From Bacilli bacterium (GTDB lineage: Bacteria > Bacillota_I > Bacilli_A > RF39 > UBA660), in NCBI GenBank assembly GCA_017484205.1, contig JAFUTO010000032.1, positions 6,067 to 70,066 of the forward strand: DNA of 64,000 nt, in the 5' to 3' direction. The notes beneath the pieces are model-generated. The model searched no databases. It saw nothing but the letters and a program-made list of their open reading frames with translations, and was not told the DNA's origin. Shown here piece after piece: positions 19,931 to 30,260 of the stretch. Numbering within the stretch: the first letter of the stretch is position 1; the number at the start of each line of letters is the position of its first letter. The position numbers and the translations under genes were made by a program.

Positions 19931-20064
19931 AATAAATTCCCCCTAAAAAAATAAAAAGATTCCTAGTTTGTAAGGGTCCTATGAGGACTGTCCCACCTTA
20001 CTTATTCTATAAGAATCTCTCTTTCCTATATTGCTCTAGTTTTCCACACCGTCATCGCATCTAT
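19931..20064 (-). promoter_or_regulatory. T-box-like leader (candidate Gly-responsive)
   Basis: Minus strand contains AAGTAAGGTGGGACAGTCC (19985-20003), compare T-box consensus AATTAGGGTGGTACCGCGG. GTAAGG...CCTTAC helix, U-run and SD. Homologous to the leader at 32131-32343. Confidence 0.35.
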
Positions 20065-20071
20065 ACATAGT

Positions 20072-20100
20072 ATTTTAATGCTTTTTTTAAATTAAGTCAA
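20072..20100 (-). promoter_or_regulatory. sigma-A promoter TTGACT-N17-TAAAAT for the leader/orf-glyQS operon
   Basis: Minus strand reads atatTGACTtaatttaaaaaaagcatTAAAATactatg. Confidence 0.45.
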
Positions 20101-20102
20101 TA

Positions 20103-20546
20103 TTATAATATGACATATGTATAAATAATAGGTACTATTACACCTAATATTATTCCAAATAATACTTCTTTAGGTTTATGACCTAATTCTTCTTTTAATG
20201 CTTCAAATTCACTTTTATCAAAAATGGCATCAACTAAAGCATTAATTGTTTTAGCTTGTTTTCCAGTTTCTAGTCTAACATTCATACCATCGTAAGCTAC
20301 AATCATTGATAATACCAGCATAATTGCAAAATAAATATTATCTACACCTTCATTTAAGGCAATTATCATAAGTAATGACACTGATAATGATGTATGACTA
20401 CTAGGCATACCACCTGAACCTGAAAACAATCTTTTTATACTAAATTCTTTACTCTTTATACCCTCTATTATAAACTTCAATATTTGGCATAATATCAAAG
20501 TAAATAATGGTACTATTATATATTTATATTTATCCATACTACTCAC
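20103..20546 (-). CDS. divergent PAP2 family membrane protein (DUF212, YuiD-like)
   Basis: SGSGGMPSSHTSLSVSL motif and multiple TM helices. Confidence 0.5.
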   Translation of the reverse strand: MSSMDKYKYIIVPLFTLILCQILKFIIEGIKSKEFSIKRLFSGSGGMPSSHTSLSVSLLMIIALNEGVDNIYFAIMLVLSMIVAYDGMNVRLETGKQAKTINALVDAIFDKSEFEALKEELGHKPKEVLFGIILGVIVPIIYTYVIL

Positions 20547-21264
20547 TTACTTTCAATAACTTCTTTGTTTTAAAATATAATCCTGTATATCTATCATAGT
20601 ATCTATCTATAAAACTATGTATTTCTTTTTTAACATCTTCACTTATATCTAATTTAGATATTTTATCTATATCAACATAATAAAGCATTCTAACTAGTTT
20701 TATAGCTTTATCTGATACAATTGGTTCATTGATACGACAATTATTACATATATATCCTCCTGCATCACTTGATAATGTAGCTATGCTTTTAGTAGTACCA
20801 CATTTGGCACATCCATCTAAAACAGGCATAACACCTAAATACTCTAAATATTTAAGTAAAGCGATGTCAGATATAACCATTGCATCATATCCTTCTTCCA
20901 TCTTATTTAATGAACTTATAAGGATATCGTATATATTTTTATCATCGTTTTGCTTAACAACTTGTAAAGTAACTTCTAAAAGTAGGCTAGCATAACTAAT
21001 ACTTTTTAAATCCATACATATATTTTTATATCTATTTATAACGTCAACATTTTGTAGAGTTGACAATTTCCCTTCTTTATAATATAGATGAAACATTCCA
21101 TGAATTAGTTTAGAACTAACACTTCTTAGAGGGCTTTTTACTTTTTTGCACCCTTTAGATATTACACTTATACTACCATGTTCTTTAGTAATAATAGTTA
21201 ATATCTTACTAGTTTCGCCATAATCCTTTTCATTAATAATAATTCCCTCTAATGTTTCAAGCAT
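20539..21264 (-). CDS. recO: DNA repair protein RecO
   Basis: OB-fold N-terminus plus C-terminal Cys4 zinc motif CAKCG...CNNC. Follows era as in Bacillus. Confidence 0.8.
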   Translation of the reverse strand: MLETLEGIIINEKDYGETSKILTIITKEHGSISVISKGCKKVKSPLRSVSSKLIHGMFHLYYKEGKLSTLQNVDVINRYKNICMDLKSISYASLLLEVTLQVVKQNDDKNIYDILISSLNKMEEGYDAMVISDIALLKYLEYLGVMPVLDGCAKCGTTKSIATLSSDAGGYICNNCRINEPIVSDKAIKLVRMLYYVDIDKISKLDISEDVKKEIHSFIDRYYDRYTGLYFKTKKLLKVSE

Positions 21265-21396
21265 ACTACTTCCCTTTCTTATTTTTTATTTCTTTATATT
21301 TCATATAGTATTCTATCTTACCAGTACTTTTGAATAAATCCCATAATAGTTTTTCCATAATATCACCTAATATATAATGATATTATTTTTATTTTT

Positions 21397-22284
21397 TTAT
21401 TCATCTATATCATAAAAACCTAATTCTTTTAAATAAGACATTTTATCACGCCATTTAGACATTGTCTTAACGTAAAGTTTTAAAAATACTTTTCTATCTA
21501 ATAATTCTTCAATATCTACTCTAGCTTTAGATCCTATTTCTTTTAACATACTACCTTGTTTACCAATAATAATTCTTTTAAGTGAATCCCTATCAACTAT
21601 AATAGCTACAGATATTTCTAATGCATTATTATGTTTTTCTACATTTTCTACGATGCAAGTGACTGAATGAGGTACTTCTTCATGAGTATTTTGCATTATC
21701 TTTTCTCTAACTATTTCAGCTATCATAAAATTAGTGCTTTTATTAGTATAATAATCATCATCATAGTATTTAACATCATCTGTTAAATAGTTTTTTAAGA
21801 CACTAATTAATGTATCTACATTATCTTTTTTTAAAGCTGATACAGGTACTATATCACTAAATGAATATAGATCCTTATAGTTATCAATTTTTTCTAATAG
21901 TTCATCTTTTTTAATAGTATCTACTTTATTGATAACTAATATTACAGGTTTGCCTGCTTCTTTTAATTTTTCAATTATAAATTTATCTCCACCGCCTATA
22001 GATTCATTGGCTGGTACTAAAAACATAATGGCATCTACATCATTAATACTATAATATGCTTCTTTATTTAAATAATCACCTAGTTTATGGTTAGGTTTAT
22101 GGATACCTGGTGTATCCATTAAAACAATTTGAGAATCAGCATCATTATATATACCTTGTATTAAATTTCTTGTTGTTTGAGCTTTATCTGATACAATGGC
22201 TACTTTTCTACCAACAATACTATTTACTAACGTTGATTTACCTACATTTGGTCTACCTACTAGTCCAATAATTCCTGACTTCAC
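21397..22284 (-). CDS. era: GTPase Era
   Basis: G1 GRPNVGKST, G3 DTPG, NKVD and a C-terminal KH domain. Confidence 0.9.
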   Translation of the reverse strand: MKSGIIGLVGRPNVGKSTLVNSIVGRKVAIVSDKAQTTRNLIQGIYNDADSQIVLMDTPGIHKPNHKLGDYLNKEAYYSINDVDAIMFLVPANESIGGGDKFIIEKLKEAGKPVILVINKVDTIKKDELLEKIDNYKDLYSFSDIVPVSALKKDNVDTLISVLKNYLTDDVKYYDDDYYTNKSTNFMIAEIVREKIMQNTHEEVPHSVTCIVENVEKHNNALEISVAIIVDRDSLKRIIIGKQGSMLKEIGSKARVDIEELLDRKVFLKLYVKTMSKWRDKMSYLKELGFYDIDE

Positions 22285-22288
22285 ACTA

Positions 22289-23047
22289 TCACCCCATTAC
22301 TTTTACTTTTGGATTTATACATTCATGACTTAATTCAAAATATTTTTCATAACCGAAACTTGCTTTTAAAAAATTAATTATCTCTAATGTCATATTAAAA
22401 TCTCCTGCAAGCATTTCATTTAATATATCATTTCTACGATCTATCAATTTATCTTCTGATACTGATGTATTACTATATTCTATAGCTACCTCATACCATT
22501 TACTTAAGAAATGTTTAATTTCTTTTTCATATTTACTATAAAAATTATAATATTTCCTAAAATGTTCAGGAACATAATCCATCGCATCTATATTTGTATA
22601 TGATGATACAAAATTAGATTCTTTTGCTATAAAATCTAAAGCTTGGACAGGTTTTAATACACCTTTATAACTTATTTGTCTATAAAATCCTCCAAATGGA
22701 TATACAGGATAAGAATCTATTTTTTCTATATCTCTATCATCAATATATGGAACTTCTTTTACCATACTATCTTCCATATTATTTACTCTATAATATGTTA
22801 TTACACCATCATATTTATTAATTTTATTTGGATTTTCTAGATTAATATCATTTATATATATAGTTGGATAATTATGTTTTTTACCTTCATCATATAAATC
22901 ATATAAGTTAAATATTATGTCAGGATTATTAGCTAATAGTGTATACATATCTAAGAATCTTTTGCTTATAAAACATATATTATAATTACCATATAATTGT
23001 TTTATTGATTTAAAGAAGTTTACTAAATCATTTAATTCGTATTCCAT
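22289..23047 (-). CDS. hypothetical protein (252 aa) inserted between ybeY and era
   Basis: Tightly packed (2-5 nt gaps) with ybeY and era. No recognisable domain. Confidence 0.4.
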   Translation of the reverse strand: MEYELNDLVNFFKSIKQLYGNYNICFISKRFLDMYTLLANNPDIIFNLYDLYDEGKKHNYPTIYINDINLENPNKINKYDGVITYYRVNNMEDSMVKEVPYIDDRDIEKIDSYPVYPFGGFYRQISYKGVLKPVQALDFIAKESNFVSSYTNIDAMDYVPEHFRKYYNFYSKYEKEIKHFLSKWYEVAIEYSNTSVSEDKLIDRRNDILNEMLAGDFNMTLEIINFLKASFGYEKYFELSHECINPKVKVMG

Positions 23048-23048
23048 A

Positions 23049-23504
23049 TTATCCTCTTCTTATGCCATAACTATCTAATATGTCATCTTGTAGTTTAAAC
23101 ATTACTTCTTCATCTTTCTTTTCCATATGATCATATCCTTGTAGATGTAGAAAACCATGTACTGATAAGAAAGCAAGTTCTCTTAAAAAACTATGTCCAT
23201 ATTCTTTTGCTTGTTCTCTACATTTATCTATAGATATATAAATGTCACCTAATATTCTTCCTACTTCACTGTCTAATATCATATCTTTTTCATCTTCTAA
23301 TGCAAATGATATAACATCTGTAGGTCTATCTATACCCCTATAGTCTTTATTTATCTTATGAATAGTATTGTTATCCACAATAATTATATTAAAAGTAACA
23401 TTATCTAATTTCATAAAATTACAAGCATAATCCATAAGTTTACTTATTTCAGCTAACTCTTTAATTTCTTCATCTAATGTATTTATTATCTCTATTTTAT
23501 TCAT
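23049..23504 (-). CDS. ybeY: rRNA maturation endoribonuclease YbeY
   Basis: HGFLHLQGYDH metal-binding motif. Confidence 0.85.
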   Translation of the reverse strand: MNKIEIINTLDEEIKELAEISKLMDYACNFMKLDNVTFNIIIVDNNTIHKINKDYRGIDRPTDVISFALEDEKDMILDSEVGRILGDIYISIDKCREQAKEYGHSFLRELAFLSVHGFLHLQGYDHMEKKDEEVMFKLQDDILDSYGIRRG

Positions 23505-24109
23505 ACCATCACTACCTTAACTATATAAAATATTAATCCTCCAACTAAAAGCATCATTATTATATTATATATATAGGTTTTTTTCAAGAAATTAGGTAAT
23601 TTATCGTTTATTTTTTTTATTAACTTATATATTAAATAGCCTGCAATCCCACCAACTAAATTAAGAAGTAAATCATCTACATCAAATACTCGTCCAATTA
23701 ATAATTGAGTTATTTCTATTGTTACTGATGTTATAATTGTTAATACATTTATAAAATATATCTTTTTCAATTTTAAAAAATATGATACAAAGAAACCAAA
23801 TGGGACAAACATAACCATATTACCTAAAACATTTTTATAAAACATTTTAGACCCAATATTATACCTTAGTATTTCTTTAAATGGTGTGAAATTAGATGAT
23901 GACCATGATACATCTTGGAAGGTTACAACATAGAACAAACACAATATATAAACTATAAAGAAATAATTAATTAATTCTTTATATAAATATAGTTTTTGTT
24001 TATTACTTATCAAATAATAGATACGCATAGAAAAACATACAACACTTACAAGTAGTATTGTAGGCCACATTTCAGTTAATATTGCTCTTATATTATTGCT
24101 GAATATCAT
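23501..24109 (-). CDS. VanZ-like family membrane protein
   Basis: Four TM helices, GNMVMFVPFG and FDVDDLLLNLVGGIAG motifs. Confidence 0.55.
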   Translation of the reverse strand: MIFSNNIRAILTEMWPTILLVSVVCFSMRIYYLISNKQKLYLYKELINYFFIVYILCLFYVVTFQDVSWSSSNFTPFKEILRYNIGSKMFYKNVLGNMVMFVPFGFFVSYFLKLKKIYFINVLTIITSVTIEITQLLIGRVFDVDDLLLNLVGGIAGYLIYKLIKKINDKLPNFLKKTYIYNIIMMLLVGGLIFYIVKVVMV

Positions 24110-25241
24110 CTAATCCCTCTATTTCTATATATCCTGTTACATTTTCATATACCGTATAAAACATGTCTACTACTATTTTACTATCTTTCATCTCTATTTT
24201 CAAACTTTTTTCATCAATTATATATTCATCTTCATCAAGTCTTTCTTTCATCTTCTTTCTTCCTTCTTCCTTGGCATGTTCTAAAGCTTCATTATATCCT
24301 AAAGTATAATTTATTATTTCTATTTCTCTTTGAGTTTGTTTATTTAACGCTACAGGGAGAATATCACTTTTTAAAATATAGTTATCCTCTATTTTTTTAT
24401 TTTTAAAAGACCCAAAGCCAATATATCTATCTAAAAATTTAATGTTATACAGTGTTTTAACATTTCCAGTTTCTTTTTCTTCATAATAGTTTAACGGATA
24501 CTCTATATTCACCTTATACCAAGTTTCTCCATATACAATACCTGAGGCGGATACTCGTGCTTTTAAATTATCATATAATAATATATCACTACTTATTACT
24601 ACATCACCTTTTTTAGCATAATCATTTACATTTTTGACAATTTCACCAGAAGATGCTTCTACTTTTTTTATAATCACATCTTTAGTTACTATAACATTAT
24701 ATAATTTATTGTCTTCTTTTATATCATTTAATTCCCTTGGTTCTAATCTTACAATATATTTTGTACCTACTCTTTCAATCATAAGCCATTCTAAACTATC
24801 TTTTCTATCTATTAGTATTTGATTTTTAATAGATTCTAATTCATCAAAACTTTTTGCGAAACTATATTTTTTTATACCATGTCTTTTTAATTCATCACTT
24901 AGCATTTCTCTCATATTATTACCACTATATACTATTTCTACATCATATATAAGATTAGTTAATGTTAAAAATAGTACAATACCTAATATTATAGAACAAA
25001 TAAAAATCTTATGATATATAATCATATTTTTGACTTTTTTAATACCTTTATATTTTTTTGTAGTTATTTCATATGTACCTTTTATTTCATCAACTAAAAC
25101 ATAATCACTATCATATATTTCTATATCTACTTCTTTTCTGTTTATATAACTTATATTCAATAATTCTATTCTTTTAGAATGTAATCTATATATAAAATTA
25201 TCTATATTTTTTCCCTTTATATTAAGTATTATGGTATTCAT
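24093..25241 (-). CDS. yqfD: sporulation protein YqfD
   Basis: About 380 aa with one TM helix. Positioned after yqfC/yabP-family gene as in Bacillus. Confidence 0.65.
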   Translation of the reverse strand: MNTIILNIKGKNIDNFIYRLHSKRIELLNISYINRKEVDIEIYDSDYVLVDEIKGTYEITTKKYKGIKKVKNMIIYHKIFICSIILGIVLFLTLTNLIYDVEIVYSGNNMREMLSDELKRHGIKKYSFAKSFDELESIKNQILIDRKDSLEWLMIERVGTKYIVRLEPRELNDIKEDNKLYNVIVTKDVIIKKVEASSGEIVKNVNDYAKKGDVVISSDILLYDNLKARVSASGIVYGETWYKVNIEYPLNYYEEKETGNVKTLYNIKFLDRYIGFGSFKNKKIEDNYILKSDILPVALNKQTQREIEIINYTLGYNEALEHAKEEGRKKMKERLDEDEYIIDEKSLKIEMKDSKIVVDMFYTVYENVTGYIEIEGLDDIQQ

Positions 25242-25245
25242 ATAA

Positions 25246-25482
25246 TCATCTCAGTTCTATATTTTTAATATCACCTATTATAAGTACTTCCTTATTTAAT
25301 AATTTTGATATAGTTAAACTATCCCCGCTTATTTTAACATTACCATCATTATGATATATAGTTATACTTTTATTATCAAAATGTCCTAATTCTTTATAAT
25401 TAACTATATCTACATATTTAGGTGTTATTCTTATTTCTAAGTTTTCTTCAAGTAAGTATTTTCTAATATCTGTTACTCTCAT
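25246..25482 (-). CDS. yqfC: YabP/YqfC family sporulation protein
   Basis: 78-aa protein with ...ITIYHNDGNVKISGDSLTI...LIIGDI..IEL pattern typical of YabP/YqfC. Confidence 0.65.
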   Translation of the reverse strand: MRVTDIRKYLLEENLEIRITPKYVDIVNYKELGHFDNKSITIYHNDGNVKISGDSLTISKLLNKEVLIIGDIKNIELR

Positions 25483-25558
25483 AGTACCACCTGATTAATT
25501 ATATGCATTAATTTTTACAATAGAAAAAGAAGATAAAATTATCTTCTTTCTATGTTTT

Positions 25559-27583
25559 TTAATCTACTTTAAATGATTTGGCTAGGCTTGTATTACCTGC
25601 TTTATCTACTACATAAGCATAATATTCACCAGCAGATAAATTTGTAAATGTTTGGGATTGTTGCCATGTATTTTGCCCTGTGCATCCACTTATATCATAA
25701 CTTTGTAACACACAATATAGTTTAACTCCTGAAAACTTATCAGTTGCATTTATTGTTGCTGTGGATCCAGATATTTGTACATTTGTAATTTTAGGAATTT
25801 CAGAGTCAATTTTTAAAATTGTAAAGCCTCCACTTTTTTTACCTTGTCTACCATCTGATATATAGGCAAATACTTTTTTATCTTCACTATCATCTGTCGT
25901 ATCATATTTTAAAGTTATCGTGGTATTAGAATCAACATTAACTTTATACCAAGTACCAACCTCAACTGTACTTCCAACTACACTAATGCAGTTATTAGGA
26001 TAGTCTGGTTCGTTTCCACATGATTTTTGAATTGTTCCTGATGTAATTGTTGCTTGCTTTTCACTATATATATAATATTCCGGAACACTTATATTGTTTT
26101 TGTTTTCTGTTTTAAAATCTACTAATATTCCTTCCTTATTAATCCAACCATCAGTATGACCTCTAGAGTACTCAAGAGTTCCTTCAATTTGTCCAAGAAT
26201 TGGCATAATAAAATCTTTCGTTGTTGCAGAACCTTCTGTACATGTACTTTCACCTAACTTATCTATAACACATATTTGATAATAATATGTTTTACTTGTT
26301 TCTAACCCTGTTAATATACATTTTTCATTTGTTGGATAAAGAGCATTTCGAGTATAATTATTTTCTTCTTCACCATACTTACAAGTTATTTTGTTGGTAT
26401 CATAATAATTACCTGAAATACCATAGTCTATTTGTATTCTTTCTGTATATATACTACGTGATTGCTCCATTATTGACGGATTTGAATCATCTACTTTAAG
26501 TATTTCAAGTTCAGAACTTAAAATTTTATTATGGCCATCTGAAATATAAGCAATTAGCCTATTTATTTCATTCGAGTAATTACTATAAACTATACTAATA
26601 TCATCTTCTACTTTATACCACGTATTCGCGACTAAATTTGTATAATTGCCATTAACATTACAAGAATTATTAGGTTTTAAACCAGTACCACACGAACCTA
26701 ATATTTTACCAGACACAACCAAACCTGTTCTTGTACTCATAACATAGCGTTCTACTAAATCTTCATCTATATTATCATCTATATATTTAACATTTGCCGT
26801 TTGACTTCTTACCCAATTATCTAATGGTGGTGTTGGTTCTGTTGTAAAAGTAAGAATCGGAGCAGTTATAGTACTAGTCTTAACTGTTTTACTTCCTAAC
26901 GTTTCTGATAATAAAGTTCCATTTTGGCCTGTTACTTCTATAGTATACTCTGTATTACTATCTAAATCATTAAAAGCAACACTTACATCATCAGTAGGAT
27001 TTATTATTTCCTCTGTTTTTAACAATACTAATCCCTTATATAACTTAACAATATATCTAATTCCAGTTTCTGGATCTTCCATTGTTCCTTTAGGTATTAT
27101 TACTATAACTCTATTGCTTGAAGTCCTTATATCAACATCATCAATATCACCATTTATTTTAGGAGGAGTATCGTCTAATTTAGCACAACTATCAGTAATT
27201 TCCAAATTACCTATATACCCAGATGCACACCATGTTCCATTACTTAAAGCATCTGAATATATATCATCCTCACGAGTAATATAAACTCTACCACCTATAG
27301 GTATTTCTCCACCTAGTTCTAAAGAATCTCCGGATTTTGTAGAACAAGATACGCCATCGCATACTAATGATATAGGATATGTTGGAACATATCCATGATT
27401 AAGAGAATACTTAGAAATATAATTACTTGCTGAATCTAATACCAAATTAATCGATTCTTGAAAAGCACTTTTTTTAGTATTATAAATAATGCCATTAATA
27501 ATTGGTATTGCAACTAAAGCTAAAATACCTAATATTACAATTACTGCTAGTAATTCTATTAATGTGAATCCTTTCTTTTTCAT
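25559..27583 (-). CDS. large (674 aa) prepilin-type N-terminal domain protein with Ig/FN3-like repeats
   Basis: MKKKGFTLIELLAVIVILGILALVAIP N-terminus. Long Thr/Ser-rich beta-type repeats. Only 21 nt downstream of ezrA. Confidence 0.65.
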   Translation of the reverse strand: MKKKGFTLIELLAVIVILGILALVAIPIINGIIYNTKKSAFQESINLVLDSASNYISKYSLNHGYVPTYPISLVCDGVSCSTKSGDSLELGGEIPIGGRVYITREDDIYSDALSNGTWCASGYIGNLEITDSCAKLDDTPPKINGDIDDVDIRTSSNRVIVIIPKGTMEDPETGIRYIVKLYKGLVLLKTEEIINPTDDVSVAFNDLDSNTEYTIEVTGQNGTLLSETLGSKTVKTSTITAPILTFTTEPTPPLDNWVRSQTANVKYIDDNIDEDLVERYVMSTRTGLVVSGKILGSCGTGLKPNNSCNVNGNYTNLVANTWYKVEDDISIVYSNYSNEINRLIAYISDGHNKILSSELEILKVDDSNPSIMEQSRSIYTERIQIDYGISGNYYDTNKITCKYGEEENNYTRNALYPTNEKCILTGLETSKTYYYQICVIDKLGESTCTEGSATTKDFIMPILGQIEGTLEYSRGHTDGWINKEGILVDFKTENKNNISVPEYYIYSEKQATITSGTIQKSCGNEPDYPNNCISVVGSTVEVGTWYKVNVDSNTTITLKYDTTDDSEDKKVFAYISDGRQGKKSGGFTILKIDSEIPKITNVQISGSTATINATDKFSGVKLYCVLQSYDISGCTGQNTWQQSQTFTNLSAGEYYAYVVDKAGNTSLAKSFKVD

Positions 27584-27604
27584 ATTACCCCTACCTTTGC
27601 TATT

Positions 27605-29338
27605 TTATCTATCTGACATAACATTATTATAAGTAGCTACTAATTTATCATAAGCACCTGAATCTATTTTATTTAAAGCATTTATCGATATTTCTAATGA
27701 CTTATTATATTCACCTTTAAAAAATAATAATTCAGCACTACTTAACGATTTATCTAAATTTTCATCTAATGGTCTATATCTATTACCATAAACGATAGCA
27801 GTTTCAGCTAGTCTGGCATTTTTAACCATTTCTTTTGTATTAGCGTATAATTTTAACACTAAATCACGAGCAGTATCAACACGTGTATTTAAAGTAGCTA
27901 TATTAATAGGTTTTTTATTTAATTCTTTTATAATTTCTTTAATTGCTTCTGATGCTTCTTCTGACTCTACATAATATGTATTTGGTATAGTCGGAAAACT
28001 ATAATCACGCATCTTATATTTAGCATCTTTTAATATTATTTTTATTTCTTCTAACTGTTGACGAGCCCTTGATTCATCATCTTTCATACTTCCAATTGCA
28101 TTTAAGCTATTATCAAGTCTATCTTCTATCGCGATTAATCTATTAGCTAAATTTTCTATTTCTTCAATCAATTTAGAATACGCGAATGTATTATTACCTA
28201 TATGAGTCAATAAAACATTGTAATCAGTATTTAATGTCTTTAATGTTTCTTTTACATCATTAAGTAATTTTATATCATTTTGAGATAAATCATAATTATC
28301 TTTTACATCATTTATTTGTTCAAAAATATTGTCTACTAAATTATTTACTGAATCTAGTTTAATTTTAAAGTTTTTATTAACTTCTTCATATGTGACTTTA
28401 TTAGCTTTTTCTTTATCTAAATCCTTAAACACTCCATCAAAATAATCCATTAAAACTTTTAATTCAAATAGGCTATCTTCTATATTTAAAACTTTAAGTC
28501 TCTCTATAACATCTTGTATCTTATTCTCAGCTTCTTTAACATTATAATCGATGTTTAAATAATCTAACGGATACTTTGCTTTAAGCATTTCCTTATGTAC
28601 CTTTTTAAGATCTTCTATTCTCTTCGGCAAAATTGTTAATGATAATAGGACAATACTTGGTACTTCTTCAATAACAACATTCATATGTTCTAACATATCT
28701 TTTATAGAAACTACTATACTTGAAGCTTCAAGATAGTCGTTCTTATCCATTGCATTTTCGAATGTTTCAAATCTCTTTGATATATTTTCAAATTGTAATG
28801 TTACATATTTAGATGCTTCACCAAATTCATTAATAGTTTCATTAAAACGATTATATAAATCTCTATATCTAGTTTTTAGATTAGTAATTTTTTCTCTATT
28901 TTCTGATTCACTATCTGTTATTTTTTTTACTTCTGATAATAAAACCTCCGAATTGCTTTTTACCTTATACATTTCCATTTCTAGCTTAGCAATTTTATAC
29001 ATCGCGCCTTTATAATCCATTTTAGAAACAGAGTAATCAGCTTCTATTAACATGTTATTAATATAAGGTATTTGTTTTTGTTTAATGTTTTCTAGACGCT
29101 CACGCCAATCCTCATATTTTTCTGATAATGCTTCATTATTTAAAAAACTTTCAACTTTATTTAATTCTGGTGTTATAGGAGAACTATCTAGCATATTTTT
29201 TTCAATTTCTAGTCCTTCTAACATTTTTTTATATTTTTTATTTTTTATACTTTGAATTATATTTAATACTATTATTACTAGAATAATAGCTAATATAGTT
29301 GCAGTTACAATAATTAATACTAAATTGTTATTATCCAT
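27605..29338 (-). CDS. ezrA: septation ring formation regulator EzrA
   Basis: N-terminal TM helix followed by about 550 aa of coiled coil. Next to rpsD as in Bacillus. Confidence 0.8.
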   Translation of the reverse strand: MDNNNLVLIIVTATILAIILVIIVLNIIQSIKNKKYKKMLEGLEIEKNMLDSSPITPELNKVESFLNNEALSEKYEDWRERLENIKQKQIPYINNMLIEADYSVSKMDYKGAMYKIAKLEMEMYKVKSNSEVLLSEVKKITDSESENREKITNLKTRYRDLYNRFNETINEFGEASKYVTLQFENISKRFETFENAMDKNDYLEASSIVVSIKDMLEHMNVVIEEVPSIVLLSLTILPKRIEDLKKVHKEMLKAKYPLDYLNIDYNVKEAENKIQDVIERLKVLNIEDSLFELKVLMDYFDGVFKDLDKEKANKVTYEEVNKNFKIKLDSVNNLVDNIFEQINDVKDNYDLSQNDIKLLNDVKETLKTLNTDYNVLLTHIGNNTFAYSKLIEEIENLANRLIAIEDRLDNSLNAIGSMKDDESRARQQLEEIKIILKDAKYKMRDYSFPTIPNTYYVESEEASEAIKEIIKELNKKPINIATLNTRVDTARDLVLKLYANTKEMVKNARLAETAIVYGNRYRPLDENLDKSLSSAELLFFKGEYNKSLEISINALNKIDSGAYDKLVATYNNVMSDR

Positions 29339-29615
29339 AACCTTATCACCTACTATATTAATGATATCACATTTTTCAGTATTTTAGTATGTTTTTTAAC
29401 ATTTTTTGAGGTTTTTAATAAGAATTATATTGACTATTTAAATATTTAAGCATATAATTAATAGTGCATTGAAGCAGCATCTTTTGAAATAACATATAAT
29501 GTTTATTACCTATAGGGGTTATAAGTAACTTTATACTTTAAGCTGCTATGTGAACATTATTTAAATAAACATTAGGTTATTGGCAAAAGAAGTTCGGTGC
29601 TAGAAAGGGTGCATT

Positions 29616-30218
29616 ATGGCAAGATATACAGGTCCTGTTAGACGTAAATCAAGAAGATTAGGATTCTCTATCCTTGAAAATGGTACTGAATTAACTAAGA
29701 AACCATATATACCTGGACAACATGGTCAAAAAAGACCAGGTAAATTATCTAACTATGGTGTTCAATTACAAGAAAAACAAAAAGTTAGATTAATGTATGG
29801 TGTTAATGAAAAACAATTCAGAATTACATTTGATCAAGCTGGTAAAATGAAAGGTGTTCATGGTGAAAACTTCCTAAAATTATTAGAAAGTCGTCTTGAT
29901 AACCTAGTTTACCGTATTGGATTTGCAACTACAAGAAGAGGTGCTAGACAATTAGTTAACCACGGTCATGTTACTGTTAATGGTAAAAAAGTTGATATCC
30001 CTTCTTATAGATGTAAACCAGGTGATGTTATAGCTATGAAAGAAGCAGATAAGGATATGGCTATTGTTAAAACTTCATTAGAAGCTTTACATAATAGAGT
30101 TGAATTCGTTAACTTCGATGAAAAGAAAATGGCTGGTACTTATGTAAGATATCCAGAAAGAAGCGAATTAAATAACGAAATCAATGAATCATTAATCGTT
30201 GAATTCTATAACAGATAA
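29616..30218 (+). CDS. rpsD: 30S ribosomal protein S4
   Basis: [16 protein letters not shown]... full-length S4. Confidence 0.95.
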   Translation: MARYTGPVRRKSRRLGFSILENGTELTKKPYIPGQHGQKRPGKLSNYGVQLQEKQKVRLMYGVNEKQFRITFDQAGKMKGVHGENFLKLLESRLDNLVYRIGFATTRRGARQLVNHGHVTVNGKKVDIPSYRCKPGDVIAMKEADKDMAIVKTSLEALHNRVEFVNFDEKKMAGTYVRYPERSELNNEINESLIVEFYNR

Positions 30219-30260
30219 AAACAAGCAAAAAGCTTGTTTTTTTTGTATATAAAAAGCAAG

